A DNA stretch of 64,000 nt. Origin: Eledone cirrhosa (taxonomy: Eukaryota). A program made the position numbers and the translations under genes. Under the pieces are notes generated by a model that was not told the origin of the DNA, made no database searches, and saw only the letters and a program-made list of their open reading frames with translations. Every line of letters begins with the position of its first letter. Positions within the stretch are counted from its first letter, which is position 1. The DNA is taken from positions 16,678,001 through 16,742,000 of the forward strand of contig OZ024760.1 of assembly GCA_964016885.1 (NCBI GenBank), read 5' to 3'. Below are positions 14,650-30,074 of the stretch, one piece after another.

Positions 14650-16039
14650 ATGAATGAAGAATGGCGTGCTGCGTTGTTGCGAACTTGAACATATGAATAA
14701 AAATAGACCAAAGGATAAAATGTCCTCATCAGTAGTCTGCTGATTATCGTTGGAATTTCGACCTGTTTACAGAATCCTTATTTTCTATCGCGGTTCCACC
14801 CTCATCAGCGTGGTGCTTCCTTGGAGTCCTAGTTACTGATCAAGCTTTCGAGTCCATCTTTCGATCTAAGTTGGCTAACCTCGAACAACTTTTAAAAACC
14901 TTGAGGTTATTGAACTGTACCACGGTATTTTTTTATAGTTAGGAATTATTTGTCAATCTGTAAGTTGTTGTATTTCTTGAGAGTTAGTCCTTCTTTCAAA
15001 TTTTCGCTGTCTCTCCAATACTTTGACGATCTAATATTCAGTCAGCTCAAGGGCCTGGTCAATGTCAGCCTTACTATATATTTGTATGTATATTAACTGA
15101 AAAAGATTAAGTTACAGTGCAATCGTTGTTTATTTGTTCGTATCTGCTGCCATACCACCAGATGAGATAAATCTTCCAGATGTCTGAATCAAACTTCCAA
15201 GGATCACATAACAGACGTGAACTACAGTTATCTCCCCTTACCACTGCCGGAAATACTTACACACATAAATATGTCTCTCTCTCTACTTCTATCTCTATCT
15301 CCCTCTATCCACCTTTCCCCCTCTCTCTCTCTCCCTCTACCTCTATCTCCCTCTATCCACCTTCCCCCTCTCTCTCTCTCTACCTCTATCTCCCTTTCCC
15401 CCCACCTCTCTCTCTCTACCTCTATCTCCCTCTATCCACCTCCCCACACCTCTCTCTCTACTTCTATCTACCTCTCTCCTCCTTCCCTCTGCCTTCTTCC
15501 CCCTCTCCTTCCCACTCTATGCCTTCTCTTTCTCACTCTGTCAGTATTTCCTCCTCCCCTCCTTTCTCTCTCTCTCTCTCTCTGTCTTCTCCTCCTCCTC
15601 CTTCACACTCTCCCCTTTCTCTCTCTCCCTCCTCTCCCTCTCTCTGTCTTTCCCCATCCCCTTCGCTTTCACCACCTTCCCTTTCTCTTACCTCTCTCCC
15701 CTCCTCCTCCCCTTACCTCTCTCACCCCCCTCTCTCACTCACACCCCCCCCTATCTCACTCACACACCCTCCCCCTCCCTCTATACTATTACTGTTACAT
15801 AACCTAACAATATGCTCGACTAAATATGGACTGTATTTTTTAAATGAAACAATTTTATTTTTGTTTATATTTGTATAGAAAACTTTGTTTTTGCGGTGTT
15901 GTTTGTCATAAAGAATGTTCTCACATATTCCATGAGCCAACGGAGAGAAGCCATTACTATGTTGCTCGACTTTGCTAGAAATAGTAGCTAAATCTCTCAC
16001 ATATCGCCGCACTGTTAATATTAGGTTACAGTGTCTGTA

Positions 16040-16226
16040 TAATAATTGTTGCTACTGTTGGTACAAAGCCAGCAAATACCCAGTGTATTACTGGTACTTT
16101 ATTTTATCGACCCCCGTAAGGCTGAAAGGCAGCAAAGTTAGCCTCGGCGAGATTTGAACTCAGTTCGTAAAGGGCCGTAACTCTATGCTGCAAAGCATGG
16201 AGTCTGACCCTCTACCGATACTGCCA
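16040..16226 (-). mobile_element. Family A SINE
   Basis: Full head, core and tail. Confidence 0.85.
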
Positions 16227-17494
16227 CACACACACACATTCCATCACGCTCCCTATGCGCACTCACACACATACGCGCACATACACAGACACACGCAAAC
16301 ACAAACACAAACACAAACACATACACACTCACACACACTCGCACACACACTGCTAAATTAAAGTCTTCCACACAGACAGACACACATACACACATACACA
16401 CACACACAGGGATACATACACACACACACACACACATACACACACACATACACACACAGGGATACATACACACACAGACACACACAAACACACACAGACA
16501 TACACACACATACACACATACACACACACACAGGGATACATACACACACACAGACACATACACAGACACATACACACACAGATACATACACAGACACATA
16601 CACACACACACACACATACACACATACACACACACACAGGGATACATACACACACACACACACACACACATACACACACAGACACACACAGACACACACA
16701 GACACACACAGACAAACACAGACACACACAAACACACAGACATACACACACATACACACATACACACACATACACACACAGACATACACAGACACACACA
16801 GACACACACAGACATACACACACACACACACACACATACACACACACAGACACACACAAACACACACAGACACACACAGACACACACACACACACACACA
16901 CATACACACACACAGACACACACAAACACACACAGACACACACAGACACACACAGACACACACACACATACACACACAGAGACACACACAAACACACACA
17001 GACACACACAGACACACACACACACACACACACATACACACACACAGACACACTCACACACACACATACACACACAGAGACACACACAAACACACACAGA
17101 CACACACAGACACACACACAAACACACACAGACACACACAGACACACACACACACACACACACACACACAGCTAAATTAAAGTCTTCGATAATATCCTTT
17201 GATGTTTTATGTAAATTTTAGGAAGTAGGAGAAAAAAGAAAGAAACAAACAAACAAACAAAGAAACAAAGAAGAAGAAGATGAAGGAGAAGGAGAAGAAT
17301 AAGACCTAAGAAAAAACAAGAAGATGAAGGAGGAGAAGAAGAAGAAGAACAGCAACAATAAAAACAACAACAACAACAACAACAAGACCACCACCAACAA
17401 CAACAACAACAACACCACCAACAACAACAACAACAAGACCACCACCACCAACACCAAGACCACCACCACCAACACCAACAACAAAACCACCACC

Positions 17495-17540
<46 letters not shown>

Positions 17541-17617
17541 CCACCACCACCACCACCAACAACAAGACCACCACCACCAACACCAAGACCACCACCACCA
17601 ACACCAACAACAAGACC

Positions 17618-17649
<32 letters not shown>

Positions 17650-17722
17650 CAACACCACCACCACCAACAACAAGACCACCACCACCAACACCAAGACCAC
17701 CACCACCAACACCAACAACAAG

Positions 17723-17754
<32 letters not shown>

Positions 17755-17764
17755 GACCACCACC

Positions 17765-17807
<43 letters not shown>

Positions 17808-18199
17808 CCACCACCACCACCACCACCACCACCACCACCAAAGCGCCACCAATAAATAAATAGCTTTGATAAACGTTGTAAGCGGAACTAAAATAAGACA
17901 AAGATATGTCTGTAGAAACGGTAAAGATAGCTGCTGCGGTGTCGCCTTCGACTAAAGGATGGGGAATGAGAGAATTATTCAGAGTGAACGAAGAGATGGT
18001 TACTTCTTCACATTTTTCTGAAGAAGTATCCAAGAAAAAAACAAAAAACAAACGCAAGAAAAAAAAAAACTGTTGTTCTTTTTTATTTTTGTGTGTGTGT
18101 GTGGGGGGTATTTTTCAAGAGGGGGGGGGGGGGGGTAAACAGTGTTTCTAGTTCAGTTCAGATACGTCAGTAACTTCACTTACAGTGGGTTTATATATA

Positions 18200-18236
<37 letters not shown>

Positions 18237-18239
18237 GAA

Positions 18240-18287
<48 letters not shown>

Positions 18288-18289
18288 TC

Positions 18290-18325
<36 letters not shown>

Positions 18326-18455
18326 TCTATATATATATATATATATATATATGGCGGGGTGTATTAACTGGTCACGTGTCTTCATACCATGGGTTTATTC
18401 GGGTATGTTGGTTCATTAAGCAGGATATAGTTTGCGGTTTATTTCTGGGAGGCTT

Positions 18456-18510
<55 letters not shown>

Positions 18511-18974
18511 GGTGGGCCGGATTCATTCGGGTGGTGGTGGGGGTAGTGGGGGGGGGGGGGGGGGGTTTACGATAAAGAAAACAATGTGGAGCGTGGCTAG
18601 TTACGTAATGAGGCCGCAATCCCATCAGACAATAATAATTATTATATAGAAACTACGTCATAGGACGGCTGCAGCTTGATGACGTCTGTCATCCACATAC
18701 CGGTAACTTGTGTGGGTCGGGGGTTGTTTTGCCAGGTGTGGGCATAGTTAAAATAAAGTGCAAGACCTGGCTCATCCTTGACTGGTACGGTACAGTGGCT
18801 GGGGTTATGTGTAGGTGTAAGTTTATGTAAGTTTACGTGGTTTGTTTTGATTTAATCTCGATAGATCTATATTCAAGTTAAAGCAATTGATGGTCTTAGT
18901 TGCATATATATTTAAATATATAGAGAAGATTATGAATGTAGGCGGGAGGCCGCTAGAGTTGGTTGAGGACTTTC

Positions 18975-19232
18975 TTGTATATAGGAGCAAAGATTGGAAA
19001 CACAGAGGATGGTGTGGTTGAGAGGAAGAGCAAAGCCTGGGCGGCGTGCCACAGTTTGAGATCGGTGTGGAAATCGGACCTTCGTAAAGACCTGAAGATC
19101 CGCCGCCTCTTCGTTGCTGTAGTGGAGTCTGTTCTGCTCTACGGGTCTGAGACTTGGGCACTGACCAAGAAACTCACTCAGATGGTGTATGGCTGTTACA
19201 CGAGAATGCTGAGGGTGGCTCTGAACATTAAT
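18975..19232 (+). mobile_element. RTE-clade LINE RT C-terminal fragment
   Basis: KAWAACHSLRSVWKSDL...LFVAVVESVLLYGSETWALTKK...YTRMLRVALNI. Confidence 0.9.
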
Positions 19233-19346
19233 CAGTATACACTGTATATACACATACATACACATATATTTACATATAAAACATATTGCATGTGCATGGA
19301 TGAATGTCTGCATGGGTGTAAGTGTGTATGTGCATGTGAATGCACT

Positions 19347-19382
<36 letters not shown>

Positions 19383-20119
19383 AGCAAAGACATTCCACTC
19401 TAGCATAATAAGCAGTGATGTGGTATTTGAAACAGTAAGCCTTCCAATGAATGTATTATCGTTGAATCTGAAGTAGTCACTGCCGACACATCGTAAAATA
19501 CCTATAAAAGTTTTCTTTAACAAAAAACAATAAAACCATGAAATAAAACTAACACCCCCCCCCCATCACCCCAGATAGTTCGTAAGACTCAGTAGTTGAT
19601 TACTGTTGTGTGATGAAAATGTTTTTGATGTTTTTGTAATTGTCGGTTGGTGGTAGGTGGTAAGGAGTTCGATTTCCTGTTGGCTCCGTGCTTTGAAATA
19701 TATATATAGATAGATAGACATATATAGATATAGATATATTATTATACTTGGGGAGGGTCATATTGTTGTAATAATGTTGCCAGAAATAATAACAGAACAC
19801 ACTGTTTGGGTTGGTTTTTGCTTCTGTATCTTTTATATCTCCATAGTTAATTTATTTGGCAATCAATGTTTATCATTGATTGACCAGTGGTTAAGAATAC
19901 AGATATAAATATATATATATATAGTCTATCAAAGTTCTTTCGTTGCACATCTGCAACATCATCAGTGGTTCTATTATATTTCCTCCTATTGTATTGTAAT
20001 GTCTACGCCATTTTTTATTTAATGTATATATATATTTATATATATATAAAACATAAAAACACATAAATGTGCATACATATTAGTGAGTATATATATATAT
20101 ATGTGTGTATGTATGTATA

Positions 20120-20397
20120 TAATAAACAACACAATATAATTATTCCATTACCCAAGGTTTCACGAAGTTAGACGATTCTGATAGAACGTCTGATATCGCT
20201 CATCAGAAGAAACTTTATTTGGATATTTTCATATCTTATGATCAGCGATATTAGACGTTTCTTTTAGAATCGTCTAACTTCGTGAAACCTTGGGTAATGG
20301 AGTAATTATATTGTGTTGTTTATTACATAATTAAATAGCTCTGTACAATACATAGAGCACTCTGGTTACCTTTACCTTTTCCACAGAAATACTTAAC
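20120..20397. mobile_element. Fold-back Penelope-like remnant; arms 20120-20205 / 20239-20325; hammerhead on - at 20142-20213
   Basis: Imperfect ~86 bp inverted repeat; minus strand reads CTGATGA-gcga...tcgt-GAAA-ccttggg-TA. Related rearranged copy at about 27500-27680. Confidence 0.7.
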
Positions 20398-20439
20398 ACA
20401 CATATATACATATATACATATATATATATATTAGGAAAA

Positions 20440-20690
20440 TATAGTACCAGTAATGCACTGGGGTAATTGCTGGCCTCGTGCCAATAGTAGAAACCGAGGT
20501 TAACTTTGCCTTTCATTCTTACGGGGTCGATAAAATAAAGTACCAGTAATGTACTGGGGCAATTGCTGACCTCGTGCCAATAGTAGAAACCGAGGTTAAC
20601 TTTGCTCTTCAGTCTTACGGGGTCGATAAAATAAAGTACCAGTAATACACTGGGGTAATTGCAGGCCTTGTGCGCCAAAAGTAGAAACAC
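20440..20690. mobile_element. Tandem family A SINE 3' halves
   Basis: Three head-to-tail pieces of core plus tail in + orientation. Confidence 0.85.
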
Positions 20691-21343
20691 TTATTCTATT
20701 TTATTTTCTATTTCTCATTTCTTCTTCAAATAATCATTGATTTAAAATAATTAATATTTTCTGTTGTTTTTTTTTTCGCCGTTCTTGCAATACGTTCTTG
20801 TTTTCCAGCAGAGGCAAATTAAGATATTTGAGCAGCTTAAATTTTGTTATTAGAGTTAATTTGACGATCAACTCAGCTCACCCCTTATTTTTTTTTTCTA
20901 TTCTTTTCCTCTTTTTTATATACCAACCCACATAAAACTGCCTCTGGTACTATGAAACAAAACCATCCATTTTAAAGGATTCCGATTTAAATTTAAATCT
21001 TCCAACATAATTTTTTCTGCAATATTAATTTGTTGGCAAAGACTTGCGTGATGTTGTTTCCCATCCTCAGTGTTTAGTGGAAGATTCTCAGAAATACGCA
21101 TTGTTGTTGTTGGTGTTGTTGTTGTTGTTGTTCGTTTTCTTCTTCTTCTTCTTCTTCTTCTTCTTCTTCTTCTTCTTCTTCTTCTTCTTCTTCTTCTTCT
21201 TCTTCTTCTTCTTCTTCTTCTTCTTCTACGAAGGTTATGCTGACAAGAGGGAGGAGGGCTCATGCAGTAATTATTTGATTTCAAATAAATGTTTCGGTGA
21301 TTAGAAAAAAGAACACGATTATCATCATTACTATTATCATTAC

Positions 21344-21389
<46 letters not shown>

Positions 21390-21984
21390 GCACAACTCTA
21401 TAAAGGATTGATGGAAACCTGACGGGGTTTTCACAGTTGAAATATAGAAGAAATATATTTTGCAGCTTTACCAACTTTCGCAATATTCGCACGCCAGGTT
21501 GTACATTTATATATTTCGGGTCAAAATACCTTTTTCAGATACATATAAACTTGTAATACTGGTTCTCTTTCTTATTTAACACTGCATACACACTCACACA
21601 AACACGACAGATAATTCTAAAGGTGTGCGTGTGTTTGTGTGTGCATATGAGTGTGTGTGTGTGTGTGTGTGTGTGTGTTAATATGTTTGTGTGTGTGTTT
21701 GTCTGTGTTAGTGTGTGTGTGTATGTTAGTGTGTGAGTATGTGTGTGTGTGTTTGTGTGTGTTAGTGTATGTGTGTGACTGTGTGTGAGCGTGTGTGTGT
21801 GTGTGTGTCTGTCTTTGTGTGTCTATCATCTCTTGATCTTTCGGCTCAATAAGATGATCCTCGATTCAACAACAGATAATATTATTCCTGATCCTCGGCT
21901 CAAAATCCTTAACTAATACCAGATTATATGATTTCAATTCTCAAAGTGTATCTAATCTGGCTTTTATTATTTAAGGTGTGTAGG

Positions 21985-22362
21985 GTTAGCGGATTGGCAG
22001 TATCAGTAGAGCGTTGGACAACCTGCTTTACGACATAGAGTTACGGCCCTTTACATTCTGTATTCAAATCCATTCGAGGTTAGCTTTGCCTTTCATCCTT
22101 ACAGGGCCGATAAAATAAAATACCAGTAATACACTGGGGTAATTGCTGGCCTTGTGCCAAACGTAGAAGAAATTATTATATGCAATATCGGTAGAGTTTC
22201 AGACAACATTCTTTATGGCATAGAGATATGGCCCTTTACATTCTGAGTTCAAATCCCGCCGAGGTTAAGTTTGCCTTTCATCCTTACGGGGTCGATAAAA
22301 TAAAGTACCAGTAATGCACTGGAGCAATTGCTGGCCTTGAACCTAAAGTAGAAACAATTATT
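21985..22362 (+). mobile_element. Two tandem family A SINEs
   Basis: Head, core and tail occur twice. Confidence 0.85.
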
Positions 22363-22838
22363 TAAGGTGTGTGATTTGAGGGAGATTTCGCTGTTATGTC
22401 TAGTGGCCACACAGATGCTCCTTTGTGGTTGGATGATTAATGGTTGGTAGGTCTCATAGCAGGTTGCTAGGCAGGTAAGAGATCAGGAGGAGAGAAAAAA
22501 GCAAAGCAAAAGAATAAAAAACGACAGACGTGGATCCTAATAGACGGAACTATTGAAGGGTGTAACGTCAGTAATTTTGACATTTACTAACATAGCTACA
22601 TGGAACATTTTTACCTGTGTTTGTTTGTATTTATGTCTGTGGTAAGGAAGATGAGAGAAGGAGGGGGAGGGGGGTGAAAAGAGCGGGTGAGGGAAAGGGA
22701 GGGAGGAGTGAAAAGAGCGGGTGAGGGAAAGGGAGAGAGTGGGGGAGGGAGGGAGTGAAGGACATAGAGAATCATAAACATTGAGAGAAAATGTGTGTTT
22801 TGGCAAAATGTGTCCAAGAGTGTTTATTTGTGGTAGGG

Positions 22839-22935
<97 letters not shown>

Positions 22936-23203
22936 TGTGTGTATCTGCCTGTCTCTCTCTCTCGCTCTCTCTTTTTCTCTCCCCCTCTCTCTATCTCCGA
23001 GTCTCTCTGTGCGCGTGCGCACAAACGCATATTTCTATACATATACAAAATTAAATTTAACATATATACATATATATATATTTATATATACATGTGTGTG
23101 TATATCTGTCTCTGTCTCCCCCCCCCCACCTCTCTATATCCGAGTCTCTCTGTGCGCGTGCGCACAAACGCATATTTCTATACATATACAAAATTAAATT
23201 TAG

Positions 23204-23244
<41 letters not shown>

Positions 23245-23417
23245 TTATCTTTTTGCTATACGAATGTCCTAACACAGAAAGCAACATGAAATAAATCGTC
23301 TTGCGGAAGGATACATAACACGCTTGGCCGTGCCACTAATCGAAAAAATAGTCCACTAGACCGCATCACATCGCAACTGATTCATCCATTCCACAGGTAT
23401 ATCGAGTAGTAATATGT

Positions 23418-23747
23418 GAAGACACGTGGTTTTGTAGTTAGAGGTATTCGCCTCACAATCGTAAAGTCGTGAGTTCGATTCCCGGCGGTGCGTTGTGACA
23501 CTTTACTTTATGTTTCTCCAGTCCACTCAGCTGTCAAAAGTGAGTTGTACTTGGAATTCGAAGCGGCCAGCCTTGTCACAAACTTTGTCAAACTGAATTT
23601 CCCTGAGAACTATGTTAAGAGTGCAATCCATCTTTGCAACCACACCAAGATCAGACTCTTCCAAATAACAATTCAACCAATCTTACTATATGGAAGTGAA
23701 ACATGGACGCTTTCATCCAAACAACAAAAGCACCTTGATGGCACTTA

Positions 23748-23810
<63 letters not shown>

Positions 23811-24400
23811 CACTACTACTACTACCACTACTACCTTGATGGCACCTTCACTCGCTTGCTTCAACGCATTCAGAACATAAGCTGGTGACATCTAACTTTG
23901 AGAGAGATATATGCCGGCCTTCCACGCATATCTGTCGTTGTACGTAAAAAGAGAGTGCGATTTGCTGGCTACTACCATCGTGCCACCTATGAGGCTGTGT
24001 CCCCATTAGTGTTTTGGAACCACAAGCAATCACTAATAACAGGGGGCGCATGCTCTGCTATCCCGATTTCCTGGCCACTACCATCGTGCCACCTATGAGG
24101 CTGTGTCCCCATTAGAGTTTTGGAACTCACAAGCAGTCACTAATAACAGGGGGCGCAAGCTCTCCTATCCCGATGTCATCTCCAGAGATTCTGGTATTGA
24201 AATCCAAAATTTGCCAGCGGCAATGAACGACAGACCTACGTGGAGATCAATTGTTGAGTCGATTTCGGCTGAGGCCGACTGATGATGATGATGATCTGTA
24301 GAATTCTTCAGTCACGTGTAGGTGAATTTCACGAGCTGGCTGTTATATCATTCGCACAATTAGAACAGATCTCGTCGAAACCGACGGATGTCCAACATCT
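23418..24400 (+). mobile_element. CORE-type tRNA SINE interrupted by a 5'-truncated RTE LINE (about 23620-24295)
   Basis: tRNA head GTAGTTAGAG...GAGTTCGATTCCC; LINE reads KIRLFQITIQPILLYGSETWTLS...RVRFAGYYHRA...DRPTWRSIV and ends in (GAT)n; internal (ACT)n and a tandem duplication. Confidence 0.85.
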
Positions 24401-24763
24401 GGTACGATCTTCTTTACAAAAACATTTCTTTGTATTTAGCCAAAGAAGATAACCAGTTTTTTTAGCAGGCTTCTATTAATGGCAAAAGTTTTAGAGGTTA
24501 CTATACAATGGATGTATGTATGTATTATGCATGTATGTATGTATGTGTATTATGTATGCATGTATCATGTATGTATGTATGTATGTATGCATGTATGTAT
24601 GTATGTATGTATGTATGTATGCATGTATCATGTATGTATGTATGTATGTATGTATGTACGTACGTACGTATGTATGTATGTAAGTATTTACTTATAAATA
24701 TGTGTGTATACATATAAATATACACATCTACGTAGATATATATTTAATCTATACATGTAAATA

Positions 24764-24839
<76 letters not shown>

Positions 24840-24879
24840 CATATAAATATACATACATGCTAATACATACATACATACA

Positions 24880-24941
<62 letters not shown>

Positions 24942-25135
24942 ACTAGTGTCTATACAAATGAACCAAATGGATTGTACTAAGAGAGAGAAAAGTGATTGGG
25001 AGGAAGTGTAGAGAATAATACAAGCCTCTTAATTCTATTAACATTGTATATAGCAAGGTAAAGTATCGGCTGCTAACCACCATCATTGCTCATTGTCTTC
25101 TATATATATAATGTGTGTATATATATATATATATA

Positions 25136-25174
<39 letters not shown>

Positions 25175-25242
25175 GTGTGAGTATATATATAATGTTTATA
25201 TATATATATATAATGTGTGTATATATATATAATGTATATATA

Positions 25243-25287
<45 letters not shown>

Positions 25288-25399
25288 TAGCAATATTTAT
25301 ATTTAAGCATATATATAGAGAGATATTTGCACATATTTACCCATATGTATATGTATATATATACATATATATATTTATCATGCTTATAAATAAGCAAAT

Positions 25400-25527
<128 letters not shown>

Positions 25528-25954
25528 TAAATATATAAATATGCGAATGTATATATAAATATATATATATATATATGCATATATATATATATTATATATA
25601 AATAGGCAAATGTGTATATATATATATATACTGTATATATATATATATACATACATACACACATACATATATATATCATATCTATATTGAATAGCCATTA
25701 TCGTATAATTATTGATTACACCATCTCATTAAGCATCATATTGATTTTTTGTATACCTCCACCCCCTCCTCCCCCTCCACTCCCCCTCCCCTTCTCCGCT
25801 CCTTCATCCTATTTCTTTTCTATTGGAATTATACAAAAGGTATATAGATTTGTACTTTTCATGAAACAGGCAGGTGATTGGAATGTGTGGACCTCATGCA
25901 TTTCCCCTGCGGAGTATTTCGTTGCGTTTTTGTAGATTAGTGTTAAGTAACCAT

Positions 25955-26680
25955 TGATTGAGCCGAATGCTGCATGGCTGGAAGGAAGATCAGTGCTGTA
26001 AAAACTGAGACACTGGTCCTCTCGAGGAAGTCTGCTCAGTACGCTCTACATGTATGAGCGGAGATCAACTGTGAATCGAGCTCAACTATGAATCGAGCTC
26101 AACTATGAACGGAGCTCAACTATGAACGGATCTCAGCTATAAACGGATCTCAGCTATGAATGGAGCTTAACTATGAATCGAGCTCAACTATGAACGGAGC
26201 TCAACTATGAACGGATCTCAGCTATAAACGGATCTCAGCTATGAATGGAGCTTAACTATGAATCGAGCTCAACTATGAACGGAGCTCAACTATGAACGGA
26301 TCTCAGCTATAAACGGATCTCAGCTATGAATGGAGCTTAACTATGAATCGAGATCAACTATGAATCGAGCTCAACTGAAGCAGGTAGAGAAGTCAAATAA
26401 CTCGGGGCTGTGTTCACGAGTGATGGAAGGCAAGAGGCTGAATTAAGCGCACGAATACGAGGAAGAACTCATGCAGTAATGAACCAGCTCCCGCATTCAG
26501 TAATCAGAAGAAGGGAGGTAGATGTAAAAACCAAACTCGCTAACTTCAATTTGGTATTCGTACCAACCCTTACCTATGGCCACGAATTTTGTGTAATGAC
26601 AGAAAGACTACGATCGCAAATACAAGCGGCCGAAACGGGATTCCTCCGAAGGGTTTTGAGAGTAACGTTACTCGATAGAG
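25955..26680 (+). mobile_element. RTE-clade LINE fragment with internal 17-bp minisatellite (26057-26378)
   Basis: KISAVKTETLVLSR...LKQVEK..LGAVFTSDGRQEAE...PTLTYGHE...QAAETGFLRRV. Confidence 0.88.
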
Positions 26681-26697
26681 AAGAAGAAGAAGGAGGA

Positions 26698-26741
<44 letters not shown>

Positions 26742-27016
26742 ATCGCCGTAATAGTAGTAGTAATCGCCGTAATAGTAGTAGTAGTAGTAGTAGTATATTT
26801 TACAGATGGCCGTTATGTTTGGAGGAGAAAAAACTCTTCAATCTCTGTTTTTAAATTCAACAGCCACAAAATTATAATGTTGAAATATTAATAGATACTC
26901 AAGAATATTTGACAAATTTGAAAGGTCACGAGGTCAGATATTTCGTTGTTGTGATGATGGTGGTGGTGGTGGTGGTAGGGGGTACTGGTGTTGTTGTTGT
27001 TGCGGTGGATCTGCTG

Positions 27017-27054
<38 letters not shown>

Positions 27055-27107
27055 TTGTCAATATTTCAGGGTTTGTCAATATTTATTTATAAAACAAATC
27101 TGTATTG

Positions 27108-27173
27108 TATTTTATCTGATGAAAGCGCACCATAATTTTCCTTGGTGGCCCTTGAAATATGTATAATAAAATA
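27108..27173 (+). ncRNA. Type I hammerhead ribozyme motif in Penelope-like 3' end (to about 27305)
   Basis: tattttat-CTGATGA-aagcgcacca..tggtggccctt-GAAA-tatgta-TA-ataaaata; 8-bp stem I; same family as 62091-62440. Confidence 0.75.
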
Positions 27174-27833
27174 AATATGGTTTTATTAATATAGTTTCCA
27201 TTTGTTAATATATTGTATATTTACTCCACTAAGCTGTTGAGTGCTTTATATCAGTTATAAAAATGTTTAAGCTTGTTGAATCCCAACAAATTAAATATAA
27301 CCTCTGCATATATATATATATATACACAACCAATCTATTAGCAGAGAAGGATAGACAGAGAAATGAACTCTCTTCTCTAAATGAACATGTATGTGAAAAT
27401 TAATTGTTCTCCCCTTTCTGAAACCTTATCGAGCTCTCTTCGGATTTTAGTCTTCCCAATTATTATTATTACTATATATATATATATAAATATATATATA
27501 GTATTTCCGTAGAAAAGGTAAAGGGAAGAAGAGTGCTCTATGTATTGTACAGAGCTATTTAATTATGCAATAAACAACACAATATAATGAACAAAATCAG
27601 ACGTTTCTGTTAGAATCATCTAACTTCGTGAAACCTTCGGTAATAGAATAATTACACTGTGTTGTTTATTACACAATTATATACCACTCAATCTATCTTA
27701 TTTCTCATTCTTTCTTGTGATGATGGATTAGCGTCCGAAACGTTAAGACCCTCTTCCTGCTATATCAAGCGTTAACCTAATATATCCCTTCCATATACTA
27801 TACCGATTGTGTTGTTATTTCTGTTTACCTTTT

Positions 27834-27917
<84 letters not shown>

Positions 27918-28544
27918 TTATTAAAATAACAGATTAAAGTTTAAGCAAAGAATCGCTGCTTTCACCCTTAACGGGATCTTCAAATTTATTATTATTATTA
28001 CGAGTATATATATATATATATATAATTCTTTTAGTATTTAGTGTTAAGGAATAAAAACTAATGATAAAATATAAACATATTTTGAAAAATGAGGTCCCTA
28101 GTGGTGTGTGGCTCTAAACTATAGCTTATTTTAGTTTATAGGTAAGTCCAGTCCAGCACGTATTAAGGTACATCTGCGCTAAGAAAAACAATTTTTATTT
28201 TAAACAAGCATTATGAAGAATTGGGAAATTTTACATTAAAAAAATATAGTCGCCGCTATACAAATAACTATATCTAATCTAATCCAGCCGAGTTTACAGT
28301 CGCAAATAAGAAGAACCAGGGCTGCCCCTAGGAACATTGGATTTGGTGTACTTCATATTTGTTTCGGTTGCTGAATACAATCAGGGGTCGCTGCTTCTCC
28401 AGAAGGTCAATAGTTCTCTTCTAACTCGAGCTGGAACGCCTTTCCATTGTCAATTTGTATTGATTATCTGCAAAGCCACATTGTTCTCAGAACCACTACA
28501 CCAGTCTTTCTATGTGTGCAGCTGGAACTACTGCCACCCATTGA

Positions 28545-28945
28545 TTTGGCAGGATCGCAACTCATTTCTACAGATGAGTAAACTGGAGCAACTTGAAATA
28601 AAGTGTCTTGCTCAAGGACGCAACACATCACCCGGTCCGAGAATCGAACTGACAACCTTTCGATTGCAAGCCCAATGCTCTAACCACTAAGCCATGCGCC
28701 TTCACTGGAGCAACGTGAAATAAGGAGTCTTGATCAAGGACGCAACACATCACCCGGTCCGAGAATCGAACGCACAACCTTTCGATTGCAAGCCCAATGC
28801 TCTAACCACTAAGCCATGCGCCTTCACTGGAGCAACGTGAAATAAGGAGTCTTGCTCAAGGACGCAACACATCACCCGGTCCGAGAATCGAACGCACAAC
28901 CTTTCGATTACAAGCCCAATGCTCTAACCACTAAGCCATGCCTTC
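28545..28945 (-). mobile_element. CORE-type tRNA SINE with 122-bp 5' unit in triplicate
   Basis: Units start at 28582, 28704 and 28826; head GGCTTAGTGGTTAGAGC...GTTCGATTC; CORE-like CCTTGAGCAAGACACTT. Confidence 0.88.
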
Positions 28946-29371
28946 CCTATAATAATAGTTAATAAACCAAATAAAAGTCCTCTGGAGACGCAAAGGTTTT
29001 GACAGAAAAGACTGATAATCGAACCACGGATTAGTATACCAGACGAGAACATTTAATCATTATGCAGTCATAACTGTCCAGTTTCCTTCCATTTCCAGTG
29101 GTAGATTATCAGATTTATTCAACTATTAGCTATAGTTATCAACTATTATTGTAGTTATCTGCATCGTGGCAGCTCTATTACCAAATGTTAATTTCATATA
29201 CTCACAGGTTTGTAACTAATATCAAATTACTGTTTATGGTCTTAATTTTGAAACCACATTTTTTTTTACATATGGAATTTTAAACTATATATATATATAT
29301 GTATATATATGTATATATATACATATATACATATATACATATATACATATATACACAGACACAGACACTCA

Positions 29372-29407
<36 letters not shown>

Positions 29408-29462
29408 TGAGTAGCTATGTCTGTGTATATATGTATATATATACATATACATATATATATAT

Positions 29463-29525
<63 letters not shown>

Positions 29526-29562
29526 ATAAATATATATGTATGTATATAAATATATATGTATG

Positions 29563-29607
<45 letters not shown>

Positions 29608-29652
29608 ATAAATATATATGTATGTATATATATATATATATGTATATATATA

Positions 29653-29685
<33 letters not shown>

Positions 29686-29714
29686 ATATATATATGTATA
29701 TATATGTATATATG

Positions 29715-29817
<103 letters not shown>

Positions 29818-29960
29818 ACATATATATATTCATATACATATCTCTTTCTCTCTCTCTCTACACACACACATATGTATATATATAAATATACATACATGTA
29901 TACACACAAACATATTCATATACGTATAGGTATCTCTCTCTATCTTTCTCTCAAACACAC

Positions 29961-30074
<114 letters not shown>

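Noticed and set aside
20916-21434. 172-aa ORF with poly-N and poly-R
   Set aside because: Built on (AAT)n and (AAG)n; non-ATG start and no recognisable homology.
28582-28945. Tandem tRNA genes
   Set aside because: tRNA-like heads run into a CORE-SINE body and lack an acceptor stem.
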